Assembly: GCA_951406725.2 (NCBI GenBank)
Contig: OX597824.1
Location: forward strand, 51,832,001-51,896,000
Direction of reading: 5' to 3'
DNA from: Octopus vulgaris
Lineage: Eukaryota
DNA length: 64,000 bases
This document shows positions 14,242-26,624 of the stretch, in pieces. The notes below the pieces were generated by a model, which was not told the DNA's origin, did no database searches, and was given only the letters and a program-made list of their open reading frames with translations. Within the stretch, counting starts at the first letter, position 1; each line of letters starts with the position of its first letter. A program made the translations under genes and the position numbers.

Positions 14242-14519
14242 TTAAATGAGTGAGTGTGTGTGTGATTAAATGAGTGAGTGAATCAGTGGTGAGTGAGATT
14301 CTGCGCAAACAATATTAAACGATATAGATATGTAAATAACAGTTTAAGAAGGAACGTACAGACAAACATGTTAGGTTCGATTCCTGTCGGCAGTTCCTTT
14401 GATAATTTTCACCTCTCTTCCACAAGGAATGTTGTTTACAAACGTATACTGTTTAATATTGTATGTATATAATGATTTATAGCAGTGGTTAAAGGCAAAA
14501 CATTGGGTGGCGGCAGCGA

Positions 14520-15260
14520 ATAAGCTACTGTCGTTTAAGTGGGATCCAGAACTTCACTGATATTTAATCGTCTCCGAAAAGATGAAAGATAAAGTCAATG
14601 ACAGCAGGATTTTCAATAGAAAACATAATAATAATCCTTTCTACTATAAGTGCAAGGCTTGAAATTTGTGGGGAGAGTTGATTACATTGACCCCACTGCT
14701 TCAAGGGGATGAAAGGCAAAGTCGATCTCGGCGGAATTTGAACTCAGAATGTATAAACAGACGAAAAGCTACTCGGAATTTTTGTCCGGAGTGCTAACGA
14801 TCCTGCTAGTTCAGGATGTTTCTAGCTTCTAATTTAAATCAAAGCCATCAACCATCGTGGGAAGAGTAAACCGATGCCATCGATCCTATTACTAGTCTAA
14901 TATTTTATCGACTCGGAACAGCGAAGTTACCTCGATGAGATTTGAACTCACAAAGCAAAAATAATAATTAAAAACAGTGTTAGAGCAAGTTTAGAAAGGC
15001 ATTTTTTTCCGATGCTCCAACTATTCTGCCAAAACTAGCTCCCTAACTAAATGTTGGTTTCTTATGTTGGCCCAAAAGTAGCAATTTTGAAGGGAAGGGT
15101 TTGTCCATAACATCGACCCCAGCATGTGACCAGGACATTATTTTTGCGACACCAAGTAGCGTAAAGGTAAGGTTGATAACATTGGGAGTTGAAATCAGAA
15201 CATAAAGAACCAGAAGAAATGCCGCTAATTATTTTTCCGATGCAGTCTAACGATTCCGTC
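14520..15260 (-). mobile_element. Several decayed family-1 SINE copies
   Basis: Recurrent AAAGTCGA..TCGGCGGAATTTGAACTCAG-like motifs. Confidence 0.7.
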
Positions 15261-15601
15261 GTCATGATGTCAGATATGCTATCTCTAGAAAAAAGACTAA
15301 TTACTCACGGCTGGAATGAATTCGAGCTGACCTGTTTCAAAAAGCAATACCAATAACAACCACAATCTCTCATTCCTTGACCCTCGTTATTTTCTGTATA
15401 AGAAATTATTCCTATGAAAATCATTCTATCTTTTATCTTTTACTTGCTCCAATCATCTGACTCTAGCCATGCTGAGACATAAATTTTTTGTCGAATGAAT
15501 AGACCCTAGTATTTTTATTTTTGTTAAACCAGGTACTTATTCTATCGGCCTGGAACACACACACGCATTCACACACGTACGCACATATGCATGCACACTC
15601 G

Positions 15602-15687
<86 letters not shown>

Positions 15688-17289
15688 CGACGATTTTATT
15701 TCAGTTTCCGACTTCTGAATCCACTCACAAGGCTTTGGTCAGCTCAAGGCAATGGGACTAAACCCGGAACTATGTGGTTGTAAAGCAAGCTTCCTACAAT
15801 GCAGCTACGCATTAATTTGTTTTTTCTTTCCCAAATTCGACGAAACTTTATGAAGCCCCTGTGTATTAGTATAATATTTAATTTCTAAAACATGACAAAT
15901 TAATTGTTACTTCACTTGTTAGAAACAACGTTATGTTTAAAAAGTCGTTTAGCGAATGCAATTAATTTATAGAGTTTCAAAGTGAATGAGTTGTTCAAAT
16001 GTTTTGAATCAGATATGTTCTTACGCTGACTGGAAAACAAACCAATCATAAAAATCACAATATTAGCGAAGAATAAACAACAGGAAAACTATAATATTTC
16101 ATTTAATCCATGAATAACATCGTTTCATAGTATCACACGATATTTTAAAAGATATAATGTTTATTGTCTTAAGCAATGAAAATACAATAAAACCGTCATA
16201 TACTGAATTTTTTCTGACTTTTCACTTGGATTCGTTTTTTCCATTTAGTTACACTCAATTAATATTCTACTCATTTTGCGAATATATTGCTACTTTTGCG
16301 CTTGTTATCGATTGATTATTCGTCAAGTTCCGTTGAAAGTAACTCCAAATATCTTCCGATAGTGGGTTTCATCTTATAAACACTATTTTCTATAGTGCTG
16401 TAAACTGTAGATATAGCAACGTGACAAAGCCAAAATATAATTAAATGACATATCGGTAATTATTTACTCTTACGGATTGACAACGTTTAGAGAACAGTTG
16501 AAAGGTAAAGAGATGAGCAGTAGTGGTGAACTAAATATATTTAGTTAAATGTCGTCTGCTTCTGCAATCCAATCCTAGAAGATTTGCGTTTGAATTTTAT
16601 CAAGTGTCAATAATGTATTAGTCTCGATTTCTTCGGCAATATCAATACCAACTTCATATGCATACCGGTGACAAAAACGGGTGGGATAGATGCATCTTTT
16701 AATTGCCTTAATTTTCAAAAATATTTTCAATTTTTATTCTGTATGCGAATATAGCAGTAATATTAGGGGTGAAAATGTATTGACATAACATTTTTTGTTG
16801 ATGAAATGAATTATATACAAGGAGTCTTTTAATGACGACCAACTTGTCGACAGCACTTTTTGCGGCGTGTTCAATATTGGTGAAATATTGCTATAGAGGC
16901 TTTGAGAAGTTATAATAAAAAGAAGAAAGAAAGAAAAAGACGAAGCGATAGTTACAAAAGATTGACACATACACATACATATGTTAAATAAGATGAGACA
17001 ACAAAGCCAAGGCAGTGTGAAATTTCTAGGACATTTAAAGGTAGTCTTACAGCTACTTCAGGGATATAAAGGATATCCCATCATCAAAGACTATATGAGA
17101 GAGTTAGTTGAGTTCAATATAAGTTATTTGAAAAAAGAGAGATAGAGGATGTAAAAAGGGAACATGAAAATAAAAATATATGTTGGATGTTATATGCCCA
17201 CACTCGACTGCGTTAGATTCCTCACTCATACTATTATCGAACCGAGAGTCTAACAGCAGTCCTTCCGCAGCACTTACATAGCCCTACCT

Positions 17290-17477
17290 GCAGTTTGGGT
17301 CTTCTGAATCTCGAAGCCTCTCATGTATATATCAACGGTGTGGAGCCGTATACTCAACAAGCAGGAATATGAACACCTAATTGTATATCTTTAGCCAACT
17401 GTGATGAAATTCGACTTCAATGATTCTAATGATGGTAATTAATTTCTAAAAGTCTGGAATCGAAACGGCTGTCAGAG
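17290..17477 (+). mobile_element. Decayed Penelope-like ORF end plus degenerate hammerhead (17399-17477)
   Basis: LEA...YINGVEP/ILNKQEY resembles a GIY-YIG C-terminus (one frameshift); GUGAUGA..AUUC/GAAU..GAAA-CGGCUG-UC. Confidence 0.5.
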
Positions 17478-17536
17478 ATGATGTCTAATGTTTTCATTAA
17501 CAAATAATTATTATTATCTCTCTATTTTCTTATCTA

Positions 17537-17587
<51 letters not shown>

Positions 17588-17603
17588 GATATATATACAT
17601 GAT

Positions 17604-17789
17604 AGACGCCATGATAGATCGTTAGCCACTACACACATCTTTTCTCTCTTTGTTTTCTGTGTCCCTTTCTGTAGAAGAGCGTAGGCTCGAAGCGTAAAAG
17701 ACTTTTTCTATTCCTGAGTGTTATACTAATACATCTGTTTGCTTTGTACACCACCTGTCTTCGTCTGTTGTTCTTTTTCCGTAAACTCT

Positions 17790-17793
<4 letters not shown>
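17604..17793 (+). mobile_element. Copy 2 of the CUGUAGA hammerhead unit (motif 17665-17700, GAAA>GAAG)
   Basis: Homology to 9730-9960; embedded in (TA)n. Confidence 0.7.
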
Positions 17794-17844
<51 letters not shown>

Positions 17845-17851
17845 CATATGC

Positions 17852-17888
<37 letters not shown>

Positions 17889-17948
17889 TATGTATGTATA
17901 TATATCTATATATATATACATATATACATACATACATACATACATACA

Positions 17949-17984
<36 letters not shown>

Positions 17985-17991
17985 TATATAT

Positions 17992-18190
17992 GTCAATTCA
18001 AATAAACGAACAAAAAAAAAACGAGAAAAAGAAACGAACGTGAGAAAAAGTATTACCTCGATAGTCGGTGAAAGTAGAGAGTTTGGCGTTTTTGAGCATA
18101 ACTCTTCGTCGGAAAGGAGAAAGGGACAAGTCCAATGATGGAAAGGAAATCGCCAACGGCACACGTGTAGTTACCTTGCTGAAGTGACCG
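17992..18190 (-). mobile_element. Penelope-like unit with a decayed CCGACGA hammerhead (18081-18116)
   Basis: Homologous to 20200-20412. Confidence 0.55.
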
Positions 18191-18399
18191 GAAGTACATG
18201 TACAACGACGACAACAGCAACAACAATAACAGTAATAGTAGTAACATCATCTTTAATAACACGAGCAATAGCGGTTGTAACAGTAAAAAAAATGTCACAT
18301 CTGCAGCAGCAATAACGACAAGAGCAGTAGCAAGAAAAGTAATAATTGCGGTAACAGCAGCAACAACGAGAATAACAACGAAAATGTGGCGGTTGCAAC

Positions 18400-18996
18400 T
18401 TCACGGGCAGGTAAGTTCTTGTTGAGATGGAGGCGAATTCAACACAACATTTGTCACTTTCCCTAAAGGACAAGGAGGTAGGCCTTATCCAGGCGGCACA
18501 ACTTTTGAAAGTGAATGCGTAAGAGAGCACAAGTGCTCTCCCAGCTGAGATTTTGACAGTGGCAGCCTGGAAGATGGTAGTGTATCACTGAGTGTCGGCC
18601 AAAACCCAGGTGGAAAGAGCCTCAAAGTTAAAGGTGGTGCTCTTTGACACGTGGATCTAAAGCCGTTTGTTGGACCCGCGTTGCAGAGCAGTGAGATGAC
18701 AATTAAATCGCAAGTGTGTGCGACTTTCCTATGAAATTTTGCTCAAATGTTAACCGTGAAAGTGAATCAGAGAACGTACCAGACTTTAATGCCTACTTTA
18801 ATCGATCATCTGTCCTGATTCTTGGTTGATAAAAACTGTGAAAAGCCGATAACAGCAGCTGAGATACTGTTAGCGAAAAGCTTGAATGGTCCAACTTTCG
18901 AGCTTCGTATATATATGCCAAACGTGTTTATTGACGTATGGGCGGACAACGTCTGCTGCAACTGACAGAAGACTGGGAGTGGCAGCTCTGCTAAGG
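18400..18996 (+). pseudogene. Highly decayed L1/Tx1-like ORF2 fragment
   Basis: EKPITAAEIL and YIYMPNVF.DV.A...CN*QKTG resemble the segment just before the RT domain of Tx1-type elements. Confidence 0.35.
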
Positions 18997-19388
18997 AATG
19001 GTGCAATCAAAATATAAGTTATTAAAAAATTTCGTCTCATACAGATTTTAAGAGTTTTGCAGCAGTGCTACCTTTATGCTTGAAACCACCAGCTAATAAA
19101 GAAAAGACAATAAAGAAAGGATAATAATAATAATAGTAATAGTAGTAGTAGTAGTAGTAGTAGTAAATATTTCTCCTACACGCACAAGGACTGGAATTTT
19201 GGGGCAAGTCGATTACATAGATCCCAGTGCTCAACTGGTACTTATTTTATCGATCCGAAAAGATGAAGGGCGAAGTCGACCTCGGCGGAATTTGAACTCA
19301 GAATGTAAAGAACCGGAAGAAATTCTGCAAAGTATTTTGACTGTGGAGCTAACGTTGCTGCTAGCTCACCGCCTTAATAATGATGATG

Positions 19389-19467
<79 letters not shown>

Positions 19468-19475
19468 TGATGATG

Positions 19476-19536
<61 letters not shown>

Positions 19537-19658
19537 TAATAATAATGATAATAATAATAATAATGATAGTAATATGGTAATAGCAACAACAACTACTGTT
19601 TAGCATTATTATTATTTATCTATTTTCTAATCTTTTATTTATCTTTTTGTTTTTACAG

Positions 19659-19688
19659 AAAAAGTCGTTATATGCTCACCGAAGCGTG
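19659..19688 (+). other. Candidate 30-nt microexon
   Basis: CTAAT branch-like motif, long T-rich tract, TTTTACAG acceptor, 30 nt open in all frames, GTG|GTAAAG donor. Confidence 0.3.
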
Positions 19689-20117
19689 GTAAAGCTTTGA
19701 AGCTCCAATTATTGTGCTATTTCGTTAAAAGTGCCAATATCATCAGCAAATGCTTAATTGGTCTGTTTCTAAAAAACGATACTCTACAACCACCTTTCCT
19801 TTATTCTCTCTGCATGCCACTCCGCTGTACCGCACTCACTCTATGCCACTCCGCTCAACTCCACTCAGCAACAACACTTCATTCTCTCCCTTCGACCTTA
19901 ACGCTGCACTTTCATAAGTTTAGAAACAAGCAAGTACACAGACGCACACATGCACATAAACAGACATATACATAAAGAATTCATAAATATATGGATACGT
20001 ATAGTTGACTGCACACAACATGTATATTACACTTGTATGAATCTTCTTACCTACCGTATATATATATATAGACACATATAAACGTACAATTGTATACACA
20101 TATACTTGTTTACACAC

Positions 20118-20165
<48 letters not shown>

Positions 20166-20168
20166 GGT

Positions 20169-20199
<31 letters not shown>

Positions 20200-20412
20200 T
20201 CAAAATGTGACCGCGTGTGTACCGTTGGCGATTTTTTTTCCTCTGTCTTCCCTTCTCTGGATCTTTCCTTCTCCCATGTTTCCGACGAAGAGCTCCGCTC
20301 GAAACGTTAAACCCTCCTTCTTTCCTTCTTTCCTGAGCCTCCAATAATACAATATTTGTTCCACGTCCTCGCGTTGTTGTGTTCCTTTGTGCTTTCATGT
20401 TTGGATTACCTT
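20200..20412 (+). mobile_element. Penelope-like unit with a minimal hammerhead (20278-20312, core CCGACGA)
   Basis: GUUU-CCGACGA-A-GAGC UCC GCUC-GAAA-CG-UU-AAAC; flanked by TA-rich repeats. Confidence 0.7.
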
Positions 20413-20455
20413 TACATATACATATATATATATATACACACACATATATAAATAG

Positions 20456-20506
<51 letters not shown>

Positions 20507-20769
20507 TTTATTTATTTATACAGACACATACTCATATGTATATACGTGCAAAGTTTTTTTATCTTTTACTTGTTTCAGTCATTAGACTGCGGCCATGCTG
20601 GGGCAACACCTTGAAGAATTTTTAGTCGAGCGAATCAATCCCAGAACTTATTTCTCTTTTTAAAGCCTGATACTTATTCTAGCTTCAAGTATTATTATAG
20701 CATGAAACCATTAGTCGCTCATTCAGTTGTGTATTTAAAGGGATACACACACACTCACGTACACAAATA

Positions 20770-20811
<42 letters not shown>

Positions 20812-21310
20812 GCCGCACGCACACCCGGGTATTACACATTTACAAAGAAGTTGATTCAGCTCTACATTACTTAAATTTTCGTGGGTTTAGGACACGTCCA
20901 TCTCTTCTGGTGTCATGATGCCCACCTGTATGTATGTATGTATGTATGTATGTATGTATGTATGTATGTATGTATGTATGTTTGTACGTATGTATGTACG
21001 TGTGTGGGTGTATGTATGTTTGTATGTATGCGTGCATGCATATATGTATATACGTATGTATAGGTATATATGTATATATGCATACGCACATAGGTTTGTA
21101 AGTGTGAAGCCATGAGTTTCATATTGCGCCAATCTACTCGGCTGTAATGGCTACCAGCCAGATGTCGATGTATCCTTCTAGGCCCCTTTACTTATAAAAT
21201 CCTTGATGTCCCGTTGGCTCAAGTGTGAGAGACTCGAAAGCATGGTGCGTGTTACTGAGTCATACTCACCCGAAAGTGACTGCTGGTTACACTTGTTTTC
21301 TTTTATATAT

Positions 21311-21380
21311 GTGTGTGTGTGTATGTATGTTATATGATTATATATACACGCATGCATATATATATATATATATGTATATA

Positions 21381-21420
<40 letters not shown>

Positions 21421-21618
21421 CATATATACATATATACATATATACATATATATACATATATACATATATACATATATACATATATACATACATGCATACA
21501 TACATATTTTACCTTATATATATATATTTATATATATATATGTACTCACACATATTAATGTTAATCATAAAGAGTATGGAGACTTGTACACCTACAAAAC
21601 TTATTTTATAGACATATG
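21311..21618 (+). repeat. Segment duplicated at 22289-22623
   Basis: Shared unique text, e.g. CTCACACATATTAATGTTAATCATAAAGAGTATGGAGACTTGTACACCTACAAAACTTATTTTATAG. Confidence 0.95.
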
Positions 21619-22281
21619 TCACATATTATAATGACTATTTCCGCTGCAGCGACTACTCACTGTTGCAAATGCGACCTTATAATATTGTCGGTGCAGCTTC
21701 ATGAAGGTGCATCCATTTCGAGGATGACCAAATATACATTCAGGTATTTTCTGTTGTAACCACAGATATTGGAATCTTCAAATTAGGTGAACATGTTCAA
21801 ATTTGGTAATTCGATGTCATTTTTCAAGATAAACCCAGTTTTGTTCTAGAAAAATTGTTTGATAACTTTTCCTTGTCAGGAAACAGGGTTTGGAAGGTGA
21901 CATTTTCTACGTGATAGCTATCACAAAATGAAAGAAGAAACATAATTACGATGAAGTTTAATAAACAAAATAAAAGCAAAACATTATGGCGATGAAGATG
22001 TAAGAAGCTTTGAAGTTTTAACGAATGAAGTCACATGAAACGGTCGAAGAGGCATGTAAATAATTTTAAAAGGGAAAAATTCCTCAACGAAAATATTTTG
22101 CAAAAAATTACAAAAACAAAAATAAACAACCCAAACAGTACTTCAGGTTTCGTCACCGAAATTACATGAGCGAAAAGAACATATACACACTGTCCCTCTT
22201 AACACAATTTTCTTTTAGGAATAACACCCTTTTCTTAAAAGTTAGAAACTGCATTCTCCTCAGTTTTCACTTCTCCATCAT

Positions 22282-22351
22282 ACTAGAATGTGTGTATGTA
22301 TGTATGTTATATGATTATATATACACGCATATATATATATATATGTATATA

Positions 22352-22395
<44 letters not shown>

Positions 22396-25300
22396 CATAT
22401 ATACATATATACATATATACATATATATACATATATACATATATACATATATACATACATGCATACATACATATTTTACCTTATATATATATATTTATAT
22501 ATACATTAATATGTGTGAGTACATATATATATTTATATATATATATGTACTCACACATATTAATGTTAATCATAAAGAGTATGGAGACTTGTACACCTAC
22601 AAAACTTATTTTATAGTCATATGAGACTTGGCTGACTCCAGCAGTAAAGGACTCAGAAATCCACCTGCAGGGCTACGTCCTTTTCAGATGTGACAGAGGA
22701 AAAAGGCGAGGTGGAGGTGTTGCTGTGTATGTTAAGTCTGAGCACAAACCGTCCTGCGGTATTCTACCCACAAATGCTCAACCTACAACCAAATTCGATG
22801 CCGTCTATTGCAAGCTGAGCCTATCTGATTTTTGCCTGCCCGTGTTGGCTGTCTACAGGCCGCCTCTAGCAGACCCCCAGGACGATGCTCATCTACTCGA
22901 AGCGATAAGATTCGTTTCAGCTTCGCATGACTGCTTGGTACTAGGCGACTTCAACGCTCCCACGATCGATTGGCCCGCATCAAGTTGTACAACATCTTCC
23001 CGGTTCGGCCAGGCCCTTCTTGACGTGGCTGAAGATTGTTTTCTATCGCAACATGTTGAATATCCGACAAGGCATCGGTCTGGGCAGCAGCCATCTATGC
23101 TAGATCTGGTATTCTCCCGCTATCCAAGATCAGTGTTAGACGTATCTGTGTGCGCCCCTCTTGCCAAGAGTGATCATGCGGTCCTGAAGTTCGTCATGCA
23201 CACAACTTTTTCCACGGCCACGATTACTTCGCTGCCACGTAGAGTCTTCTCTGCAATTAATCTTGAAATTCTAACCGAGGCTTCCGCGCTTCTGGACTGG
23301 CGATCCCTGATGACGTTGTCCTCAGTTGACGAACTATGGTCATCCCTCAAAGCATATGTAATCTGTTTGACTGACCAGGCAGTTCCCGTTGGGCTTCCCA
23401 AGAGGAAGAAACACAAGCCCTGGGTGACGAAGAAGGTTAAACGAGAACGTCGACTCAGAGATATTGCTTGGGCTGAATTCAAAAATCTGGATTCGACTGC
23501 AGCTTTTGAGGTGTACAAAACTCAACGAGACCGAGCCGTGAAAATTGAAAAGAAAGAACGCTTCAGTTATGAATACAAAATCGCGGCAAATGCCAGTAGC
23601 AATCCAAAAACCTTCTTTGCCCATGTCCAGCGGAATTCCCGCTTGAACAACCAGATTGCAACGTTGGTAGACTCAACAGGCGTATCGATTGAGGACCCTT
23701 ATCAACAGAGTCAATTATTTGCCGAGGCTTTTTCAACTATTTTCAAACAAGATGATGGTCGTGAACCCCCTCCATTTGATAGATCGGTACCTCCAATGCT
23801 TCGATTGATCATCACGCGGGACGAAGTCAAGCGTGTTATTCAAGGCCTCGATGTCAACAAGGGTCACGGCCCTGACGGCATACACCCACGGGTTATCAAA
23901 GCGTTGGCTCCGGTCATCTGCAAGCCCTTAACACGACTATTCAATATGTCATTGGCGACGGGTGTTATACCTGCAGACTGGAGAACAGCGATAATCTGCC
24001 CAATTTTCAAGAAAGGGAGCCGCGAAGACCCGCTTAACTACCGACCGGTTTCCCTTACATCAATAATCAGCAAGATGTTCGAAACCATCCTTAAGAAAAG
24101 TATGATGCTCCACCTCCTAAACACAGCGTCGATCACTGATTCCCAACACGGCTTCGTGCCGAAGAGATTATGCTTGACCAACTTACTAGTAATGGAAGAA
24201 TTGGTGACGCGCATCCTCGATGATAGTGATGCTGTTGACATCGTTTTATTGGACTTTGCCAAAGCTTTTGACTCGGTAAACCACCGCCTACTACTTGTCA
24301 AGCTTCAAGCATATAGTTTCCATCCGGATATTGTACGATGGGTTGGTGCCTTCCTCTCAGATCGCTCCTTCCAAGTTCAAGTTAATGGTTCGCGGTCCGA
24401 CGTCTCCAGTGCGAGCAGTGGCGTGCCTCAAGGTTCAGTGCTTGGGCCCTTGTTGTTCTTAGTCTTCATAAATGACTTGCCCGACGACCTCACGCAACAC
24501 ACCCTTCTATTTGCCGACGATATCAAACTGGTCGCTCCTCGCGGTAGTATAGAGGATCTTCGTCGATGCCTCCACCAAATTTGGAAGTGGTCTAACGATT
24601 GGGACCTGTGTCTGAACGTGTCAAAGTGCTGTCATCTGCCTGTCGGCTCTACTCCTGCAACTCAACTTGATTTCGAGCCGGGTCGTTTGCTGCTGGAGAG
24701 GACCGATCAGGTAAAGGACCTGGGTATCTTGGTGGATTCCTCCTTTTCGCCTTCGGCCCAGTGCGTCCATGCTGCCAACAAAGCGCGCGGAATTCTGTTT
24801 TTGATTCGACGGTCATTCGGAATGCTCACAGCAGCCATATTCCTGCCACTCTATGTCACGCTGGTGAGACCCATATTGGAGTATGGGATTCAAGCCTCTT
24901 CTCCTTATCTCCTCAAAGACATACAGCATCTCGAAAGAGTCCAGAGGCTGGCTACCCGCATGGTTCATGGTCTCAAAAATTTGTCCTACGAAGAAAGGCT
25001 GAGGACGCTCGACCTTTATTCTCTTGAAAAACGCCGCCGCCGTGGTGATCTCATTCTCGCCCACAACATCATAAGCGGGAAGTGTAACCTCTCGAAAGAG
25101 CTGTTCTTCACTCCTGCTCCGGAGCGTCGGCTGCGGGGTCATTCCGAAAAGCTCTACCTGCGACGATTTCATCTCAATCGAAGGAGAGGAGCTTTCTCCG
25201 TCCGGGTTGCGGATCCGTGGAACAAGCTGCCAGACGAGATGGTGAAGATGCCGACGACCGCTTTGTTCAAAGCCTCCCTTGACCTCAAGTGGCCTGAACT

Positions 25301-25399
25301 CTTTACATGAACACCACCCTGTACTTAACTCAATGTCCCCCTACATGGCCTTGCTGTTTGCTTTTGAGCCAAATTAACTAACTAACTAACTAACTAGAA
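22282..25399 (+). mobile_element. Whole LINE insertion: ACTAGAA TSD, captured local segment, truncated LINE, short 3'UTR, (TAAC)n tail
   Basis: ACTAGAA at 22282-22288 and 25393-25399; (TAAC)n at 25375-25394. Confidence 0.75.
22623..25310 (+). CDS. CR1-group LINE ORF2: partial APE endonuclease + reverse transcriptase, no internal stops, 5'-truncated
   Basis: Frame extends 34 codons upstream of the listed ORF (ETWLT...FRCDR...GGGVAVY); YRPP, GDFN, LDL, SDH; GPDG, YRPVSLTS, QHGF, DFAKAFD, GVPQGSVLGP, LFADD, KDLG, LERVQR, RRRGDL. Confidence 0.95.
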   Translation, partial: ETWLTPAVKDSEIHLQGYVLFRCDRGKRRGGGVAVYVKSEHKPSCGILPTNAQPTTKFDAVYCKLSLSDFCLPVLAVYRPPLADPQDDAHLLEAIRFVSASHDCLVLGDFNAPTIDWPASSCTTSSRFGQALLDVAEDCFLSQHVEYPTRHRSGQQPSMLDLVFSRYPRSVLDVSVCAPLAKSDHAVLKFVMHTTFSTATITSLPRRVFSAINLEILTEASALLDWRSLMTLSSVDELWSSLKAYVICLTDQAVPVGLPKRKKHKPWVTKKVKRERRLRDIAWAEFKNLDSTAAFEVYKTQRDRAVKIEKKERFSYEYKIAANASSNPKTFFAHVQRNSRLNNQIATLVDSTGVSIEDPYQQSQLFAEAFSTIFKQDDGREPPPFDRSVPPMLRLIITRDEVKRVIQGLDVNKGHGPDGIHPRVIKALAPVICKPLTRLFNMSLATGVIPADWRTAIICPIFKKGSREDPLNYRPVSLTSIISKMFETILKKSMMLHLLNTASITDSQHGFVPKRLCLTNLLVMEELVTRILDDSDAVDIVLLDFAKAFDSVNHRLLLVKLQAYSFHPDIVRWVGAFLSDRSFQVQVNGSRSDVSSASSGVPQGSVLGPLLFLVFINDLPDDLTQHTLLFADDIKLVAPRGSIEDLRRCLHQIWKWSNDWDLCLNVSKCCHLPVGSTPATQLDFEPGRLLLERTDQVKDLGILVDSSFSPSAQCVHAANKARGILFLIRRSFGMLTAAIFLPLYVTLVRPILEYGIQASSPYLLKDIQHLERVQRLATRMVHGLKNLSYEERLRTLDLYSLEKRRRRGDLILAHNIISGKCNLSKELFFTPAPERRLRGHSEKLYLRRFHLNRRRGAFSVRVADPWNKLPDEMVKMPTTALFKASLDLKWPELFT

Positions 25400-25779
25400 A
25401 GGTTAAACGAGTTAAGCAGAGGTCATACTTCTATTTAGGAGGGAAAGGTTAAAAAAAATGTTGAAAATTATAAAAATGAGGTAATGACAGAACAACAATC
25501 GAAAATATCCGTTTCTCAGAACTATACAAAAACAAAAAAAACAGAAGTGAAAATGTCGAAATTTGGCTTTAAAAAATGCACAGGTAAAGAATATTCACAC
25601 AGACAACAGCTTCGCTTGTAACTATGGAAACAGGCACCAATGTCCTCTGTGACATTCCTTTGGCTAAATTACCCAAATTTATTAATCTATGTTGAAACCA
25701 AAACTAAATTTCATTTTTTCCGTAACTAGCACACAAAACTAAATCAATTACACCAAATTTGAAAAACTGGAACAAAATG

Positions 25780-25812
<33 letters not shown>

Positions 25813-25887
25813 TGTATGTATGTATGTATGTATGTATGTATGTATGTATGTATGTATGTATCTCTCTCTCTATCTCTCTCTCTCTCG

Positions 25888-25937
<50 letters not shown>

Positions 25938-25952
25938 GCATGCAAACATACA

Positions 25953-25985
<33 letters not shown>

Positions 25986-25988
<3 letters not shown>

Positions 25989-26540
25989 GGTCAGGCAAAA
26001 TGATCTGACACATTTGTAGGTTAAATAAAAGGCATTGTTTTTCGTTTCTTTTTCAGTTGCTGCCATGAATTGGACTGGTGAGCATCGGGCTTTCATTGTG
26101 GAAACGTTTATCAAAACAAACGATTTTGTAACTGCAACACAAAGAGCGTTCCGTTTGCACTTCAATCTTGGTAGACATGATCCCGTACCAGCTCGAAACA
26201 CGATCTTGTTATGGGTTACCAACTTCAGAGCTACTGGATCTGCATTGAAACGAAAATCAACCGGCCGACCTCGCACCGCCAGAACTTAAAGATGCAATTC
26301 GTCAAGAAATTACTGCCATTCCACATGAAATGACCCGCCGAGTTATTGACAACTTTCGTGAACGCCTTCGACAGTGTGTGGACAATAATGGATCCCATTT
26401 GACTGATTTAATTTTTAAAACATAATGAAACAAAATAGCATTATATGTACTTTTCAAAAATAAAAACACTTTTTTGTTTCTTTACTTCATTTGCCTTTTA
26501 TTTAACCTACAAATGTGTCAGATCATTTTGCCTGATCCTG
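25986..26540 (+). mobile_element. Internally deleted Tc1/mariner element (DUF4817-type HTH N-terminus), ~50-bp TIRs, TA TSD
   Basis: TIR CAGGGTCAGGCAAAATGATCTGACACATTTGTAGGTTAAATAAAAGGCA and its reverse complement; [13 protein letters not shown]...GRPRTART joined to [10 protein letters not shown]...RQCVDNNGSHL. Confidence 0.93.

Positions 26541-26624
<84 letters not shown>

Noticed and set aside
21620-21920. Possible minus-strand terminal exon (YHVENVTFQTLFPDKEKLSNNFSRTKLGLS*) after a pyrimidine tract
   Set aside because: Short, unrecognised peptide with no supporting partner exons
25375-25394. (TAAC)n as a telomeric seed
   Set aside because: Only five units at the LINE 3' end; a typical CR1-group tail
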